The notes under the pieces were generated by a model, which had not been told where the DNA came from, ran no database searches, and saw only the letters and a list, made by a program, of their open reading frames with translations. Below are positions 57,769-64,000 of a stretch of DNA of 64,000 nt, piece after piece (position 1 is the stretch's first letter; every line of letters begins with the position of its first letter). The position numbers were made by a program, and so were the translations under genes. Source of the DNA: Plasmodiophora brassicae (lineage: Eukaryota); contig CP145428.1 in NCBI GenBank assembly GCA_036867785.1, positions 124,001 to 188,000 on the forward strand, written 5' to 3'.

Positions 57769-59982
57769 GTTGTTGAGTCCTTCGAGAAATGGCGCCGGTT
57801 CCTGGATTCGGATGAACATCAGACACTAGTGCACAGCGACCACCGCAACCTCAAGTACTTCATGACGACCCACAAGCTTATTTCGCGTCAAATCCGCTGG
57901 TCGCAACTGCTTAGCGGCTCCGACTTCATGATTCAGCACCGACCTGGCCGCTTGCATGGCAAACCGGGCGCCTTGACGCGCCGCCCGGAGTACGTTCCGA
58001 CGGCGGATGAAGAAGGCATCCTGCAACAATCCGTACAACTGCTTCCGCTTCATCGCCTAGTGCCTTCCCTCGTGGTGGACGCGTTCACCGTCCACGCGGA
58101 GGTGGCTCCGTCAGAATCTCTCCTGGACCGTATCTGGCGACACCAAGCGAGTGATCCGTTCGTCGCCAAGATTGTCGGCCTGCTTGATCGGCCTCAAGGC
58201 AGGAAGTATTGCCTGATGGACGGTCTCCTGTACAAAGGACGTTCCTTGATCGTTTCCGGCGACGAATGCAAAGTTCGAGATTCTCCGACAACTCCACGAT
58301 AATAAGGCGGCTGGTCACTTTGGTATCAGCAAAACGCTTGGGCATATCCAGCATGAATTCTGGTGGCCAGGCATGAGGGCCTTCATCAAACAGTACGTCT
58401 CATCCTGCGACGCTTGCCAGAGAAGCAAATCTCCGCGCCACAAACCGTCCGGGCTCCTACTGCCTCTCCCCTTGCCGAGTTCGTTGTGGTCCTCGATATC
58501 AATGGATTTAATTGTCAAGCTCCCAGTTTCCGAAGGCTACGATTCGGTCCTTGTTGTGGTCGACCGATTATCGAAAATGGCCCACTTCATTCCGTGCAAG
58601 GAGTCCCTCACGGCGGTCGAGCTGTCTGACCTGTTCTTGCAGCAGGTATTCCGCCTGCATGGCCTACCGGACGACATCGTTTCCGACCGGGGCCCCCAGT
58701 TCGTGTCGGCCTTTTGGAAACACTTGCTGGACCGTCTCGATATCCAACGGAACCTGTCTTCATCGCGGCACCCGGAATCCGATGGCCAGACGGAACGCGT
58801 GAACCAGATCCTTGAACAATACTTACGCTGCTACGTTAGCTACATGCAGGACGACTGGATGCAACTTCTGGCTATGGCCGAGTTCGCGTACAATAACGCC
58901 GACAACTCGGCCACCGGCATGTCGCCGTTTTTCGCCAACTACGGGTTTCACCCGAGGGTGACGGAGCCTCGACCCAGGAACGGTCAGGTCTGTAACCCAG
59001 CCGCCGATGAGCGTGCCGAATTCCTTGGGAAGGTTCGCCGCTACTTGAAGGGTCAACTACAACAGGCGGTCGACGCTATGAAACGCTCTGCGGACCGCCG
59101 CCGCCGCGAACCTCCACCACTACAGGTGGGCGATCTATCGACTGGCCGGCCGTGTGGGAAACTGGACGACCGTCTGCTGGGGCCCTTCCAAGTTGTTCGA
59201 ACCGTTAACCCTGTGGCATACGAAGTGAAATTGCCTCCTACATCTCGCCTACATAACGTGTTCCATGTATCACAGCTGGAACCGTATACGCCTAATGTCT
59301 TTCCGCATCGCCTTCAGCCGCCACCACCGCCTATTGTATTGGAAGATGATGACCAGCCCCTGTTCATTGTTAAGTCGATCCTGGACTCCCGATACCGGTA
59401 GGGGCGGCTGCAATACCTCATAGACTGGGAAGGATAGTCCCCGTCCGATCGAACCTGGGAACCCGCGGGCAACCTCCATGGGACAGGGGGTCTCGACCAA
59501 GCGATTGCTGAATTTCATGCTCGGTATCCCGAAAAACCCGGCCCTCGCTGTCGAATCCAACGGAGGCGAAGTCGCTACAAGAGGACTATTCTGTGAGGAC
59601 TGAATAAATCTCGAACCCCGCGACGGACTTCGCCAGTCCGTCAAAGCGTTCGTTGCATCAGCTTGCCTGATCTTGACAATGTATGTTCTCTCGGTCGTCT
59701 CTTTTCAACGTCTGTGCACGTTCGTCAGCGTTCAGGCGCGGGCGCTGGACCGACGTTGACCGCGCGCGGAATACCGGAAGAATGAGAGAAGTTTATTCCC
59801 GTAGGGCGTAGATTGAGAGATATATGCAGCCGGCGGCGCTTTAATGGCGGTGGATCTTGTAGTCGTTGTGCTTGTTCGTCTGATATGTTCGATACCAATT
59901 GCATGACGTTCGGCGGTCGTGTGAAGGCCAGTCTGAATGTGACTCCGACTTCGCGAGCGAGTTCTGCATCGTTAAGCGTTTG

Positions 59983-62900
59983 TGTCACGGTCGAGTCGCT
60001 GTCTTGGCGACTCAGCCGGCACCTAATTGGGCTCCTCCGCAGCGCACTACTACAATAAACGTCCACGGCGTTGGACCGACCTCAGTCGGTCAATCCGTGT
60101 GGTTGACACATCTTGCTCTGTCGTCACATTTTGACCGACTACTCTTCGGTCGTACGCGTATCGTCTCGTCTCGTCTCGGCCCGTATCGACTATCGTCTCG
60201 TCTCGTCTCGGCCCGTATCGACTATCGTCTCGTCTCGTCTCGGCCCGTATCGACTATCGTCTCGTCTCGTCTCGGCCCTGTATCATCGCAGCTATGGCGG
60301 GAGGTGATGGGTTGATTCCGGCGTTGTCGGACCCGCCATCGTCCGCGAATCCGGATGTTGCAGCTGCGGCGGATGTTGCTGGCGCTATCGAGCTGCGCGA
60401 CCTGAAGGCGGAGATCCTCGACCTCTTAGCCCAGTTGAAATTCGCGCATGGCTCGCTGCCTAGGGCCAGCCCCCCCCCGCAGCGCCAGCTGTCTCGTCTC
60501 CCGAAGTGCGCAACGACTCGTCGGATCCCCCGGTCATCAGCGCTGTGCCTTCCCTATTGCCTCTCCACGCTTCTGTGGCTTCGTCTCTGCCGAATTCTGT
60601 CGCCCCGTCGACGCAGCATCCCGTGTCCCCGCCGCCGCCGCCGCCTATTGTTGTCCAGTCCCACGATATCCCGCGATTTTCGGGGGCGGACGGTCTGTCG
60701 ACGATGCGTTGGTTGACCGCTTTCGCGCGGATCACCCAGACGCCGTTAACGTCTACCAGTCCGCTTTCCGACGCTGTGCAATGCATCTTGACGACGGCCT
60801 TGAAAGGATACGCCTTGGAGACTTATCTTGACCTTTCCGAGGACGCGTCAATGGCGGACGTGGCATCCGCCCTGCTTCATGATTTTCCGGAGCCGTCGTT
60901 AAAGCGGGTCGAAGCTGATTTTGACAATTTGAAGCAGACTTCCAGTGTGGTTCACCATGCGCGGGAGTTCCAGCGCTTGTACAAGAAGGTTCAACAACTC
61001 GACCCCTTGTATAGGCTGAGTCCGTCCCGTTTGGCGGAAAAGTTCCGCATGTCCTTGCACCCTGCACTTTCTGATGCCCTCTTCATTTACAACTACACCG
61101 AGTACGACAAGATGTTCGAGATGGCGATCCATCTCGAACCGAAGTATCCGATCGCCGCTGTCAACGCTATCGAGGTCGGAGGGGCGCAACCTTTGGTCTG
61201 CCACTATTGTCGCGAGGCTGGACATTTCATTGCGTCCTGCCCCAAGCGACCTCCGTGCCAGCACTGTCACAAGGTTGGTCACCGCTCCGCGCTGTGCCCC
61301 GAGCGGCCTGCCGCTGCTGGTCCTCCGTCGCCCCCACCCAGCGCCAGCGTCCCGCAGGCTGGTCCCCCGGGAAATGTGCCCGGGCGTCTGTGAACGGGTT
61401 CCCCAGTCGCCCAGTAAACATTTCTTTTGGTTCCGAACCCGACTTTCTTCATGTTACGGATTTATTCTTTACGTCGGCTACATCTATACCACATCTATTG
61501 GTACCGGTCTGTCTCGTTATCGGCTCACGTCGCGTCAGTACGCTCGCCTTGTTAGACTGTGGCGCGACGTCCAATTTTATCGACTGGTCGTTCTGTCGTC
61601 ATCACGAAGTGCCTGTTCGCGCCAAATCGCGTGCTATTCCGGTTCGCGTCATTGACGGCCGTCATCTGGCCCCAATTACTCAGGAAACCGCCCCGCTACG
61701 AATCACCGTCGACGAATGTTTCGACAGTGACGTCGTCCTGAACATGATCCATTCGCCGCAGCATCCTGTCATCCTCGGCCTGCCGTGGTTGGCGGATACA
61801 AACCCTGACATCGATTGGCGGAGCCACCGTCTCCAGCATCGCGGCCCTCGCATCGCGGGGATCTCCATCCCGGCAGGAGACCTCCCTGCGTCTACGCATG
61901 CAGTTGATTCGGCGGCATCAGTCGAAACATTGCCGACTGCCTCAGCATCTGAGGTAGCCGAGGTGGAGGTAATTGCCCTCCCTGAGTTGGCTTCTGACGA
62001 CGAGGACGACGACGATTACTCCGAGTTCGGGACCGTCCCGGCTGCGGGCGTCGATAGCTCTAGCGCTTCCGTCATCGCTCCCGATTGCCTCTCGGAGGTC
62101 GCTGTCACTGATACGGTGGCCGCCGGTCACAGTGAACCGCCTGCTGCTGTTGTCGACAGCTCTAGCTCTCCCGCCCTCGCGCATGCCTGCCTCTCCGAGG
62201 TCGCTGCCGCTGCTACTGTGGCAGCGTGCCACAACGATCCGTTATCATCGTTCCCCTCGGGCCCCGAGCCGTCGTGCGTCCGGCACCGTGGACCCGTCCG
62301 TCGAGGGGCGGGACAACGCCTCTCGCCGCCTCGCCCCTCTGGCGGGCTTCGTGGTCGCCACATTATTAATCTTTTGATGACTGCATCCTTGGTCGCCCTG
62401 GCCTGGGTCCTTGGGTGGACTTATCTTCCATTCACGCGGCTCCCTTCCGGCGCCTCTGCGGAGCCCCTGATCTCGAACGCCGCCGACGAGTCCTTCCTTA
62501 CGCCCCTGGTCTCACCAGACGGTGACCCGGGGTCATCAACCTCGATTGCGTTCTTCAGCGCTGAGCCGTTTCTGGATGCTATCGTTGACGACGCAGCTTG
62601 TTACCTTCTGCATTATACTTGGACCGAACTCGACTCGGACTCAGTCTCCGGGCCTGCGCTTCCTGACGCCTATCGCGAGTTCTCGGACGTGTTCGCCACT
62701 GGCAGCCCGGCGTGCCTGCCTCCTCACCGCGCTTCCGATTGCCCCATCGATCTTAAGCCCGGCAAGGAGCCACCATTTTGTCGGTTATATGGTCTTTCCC
62801 AACGAGAGCAGGTGGCCCTCAAGCAGTATCTGGAAGCCAATTTAAAGTCGAATTTCATTCGTCCTTCCCGTTCTTCGGCCGGTGCGCCCATTCTGTTTGT

Positions 62901-64000
62901 ACGCAAGAAAGACGGCTCGCTGCGACTTTGTGTCGATTATCGCGTCCTAAATTCTGCCACGATCAAGAACCGGTATCCACTGCCTCTTATTGACCAACTT
63001 CTTGCCAACCTTAGTCGGGCCACGATCTTCACGAAAATCGACCTGCGCAGCGCGTATAATCAAATTCGTATCCGCGAAGGGGACGAGTGGAAGACGGCGT
63101 TTCGCACCCCGTATGGACTCTTCGAATATTTGGTTATGCCGTTTGGCCTCGCAAACGCACCGGCTTCGTTCCAGTCGTTCATGAATGATATGTTCAAGGA
63201 TTACCTCGACCAGTTCGTTGTCGTATATCTGGACGACATCCTTATTTTTTCTGCGAACGTCGCCGACCATGAACACCATGTGCGCCTCGTCCTGGAACGA
63301 CTTCGGGCTAGCAGTCTTACCGCTAATATGGAGAAGTGTGTTTTCGGCGCCAAGGAGGTCGAGTTTCTCGGCTACCTCGTTTCTCGAGACGGACTGCGCC
63401 TCGACCCTGCCCGTATCGACACTATCCTGTCTTGGCAACCGCCACGAGATATCCATGGTCTCCAAGTATTCTTGGGATTCGCCAATTTTTATCGCAAATT
63501 TATTCCTCACTTCGCGGAAATTGCTCTACCACTCACAAACCTGACGCGTGACGGTGTCGCCTTTATCTGGGATGCTGACGCTCAAGCTGCATTCGGCTCT
63601 CTGAAGGTTGCGTTCACATCGGCACCTGTCTTGGGCCATTTCGATCCTCATCAACCGTGTGATGTCGAGACCGACGCCTCAGACTTTGCCATCGCTATGG
63701 TCCTTTCGCAAAAGGGCGGCGCAGATGGGGAGTTGCACCCGATCGCCTACTTCTCGCGGAAGCTGATTGCTGCCGAGATTAGCTATCCCATTTACGACAA
63801 GGAACTCCTGGCGGTTGTGGAAGCGTTCACTAAGTGGCGGCAGTTCCTCGACTCAGATCAGCACCAAACGGTCGTGCATAGCGACCTTCGTAACCTCGTC
63901 CACTTCATGTCTACCCACAAGTTAAACAGACGTCAGGTTCGCTGGTCTCAACTGCTTAGCGAATTCGATTTCGTGATTCATCATCGTCCGGGGCGACTTC
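59983..64000 (+). mobile_element. Gypsy chromovirus family A, copy 2 (runs off the window end)
   Basis: 5' LTR 59983-60128. Nearly identical to copy 1 but lacks both nested inserts and keeps ETDAS. A longer C-run at ~60470 shifts the gag frame. Confidence 0.96.
60157..60278 (+). repeat. Tandem ~32-bp repeat (CGTATCGACTATCGTCTCGTCTCGTCTCGGCC) in the family A copy 2 leader
   Basis: Three to four units here against about one in copy 1 (19918-19951). Confidence 0.85.

Larger units (their letters stand above)
46187..59678 (+). mobile_element. Degenerate Gypsy chromovirus family F (pol in four pieces; putative 87-bp 3' LTR 59592-59678), host of three inserts
   Basis: RT 47000-48105, RH 53766-53970 and from 57772, IN, GPF and chromodomain to ~59550, with stops and frameshifts. 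PPT-like ACAAGAGGACTATTC resembles family A GGGGACTATTA. The 5' part is missing. Confidence 0.9.

Overview
GC-rich eukaryotic DNA with short spliceosomal introns. The gene style suggests a protist, possibly a plasmodiophorid, but this is inference and was not verified. Bases 1-18.4 kb are gene-dense: an iGluR-like channel, an ankyrin/F-box-like protein, CAF-1 subunit A, an ARM+TPR protein, cytosolic malate dehydrogenase, pinin, an LRR protein and Cwc2. From about 19.3 kb to the end the window is almost entirely nested transposons. An RNase H-bearing LINE is split into four pieces by two Gypsy/chromovirus elements and a tyrosine-recombinase (Crypton-like) element. After it come Copia elements, a TRIM family, further chromoviruses and a CACTA-like DNA transposon. 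The main observations are: (i) a ~50-nt hairpin motif shared between the 3' UTRs of the LINE and an unrelated Gypsy; (ii) a Crypton-like element whose empty site and predicted circle junction both read TT-N5-AA with palindromic arms; (iii) Copia/TRIM primer-binding sites matching the 5' half of tRNA-Asn; (iv) Tf1-like self-priming chromoviruses with 87-146 bp LTRs and a covarying hairpin; (v) a predicted transmembrane helix between protease and RT in several Gypsy families. All coordinates were read by eye, and multi-exon gene limits are approximate.
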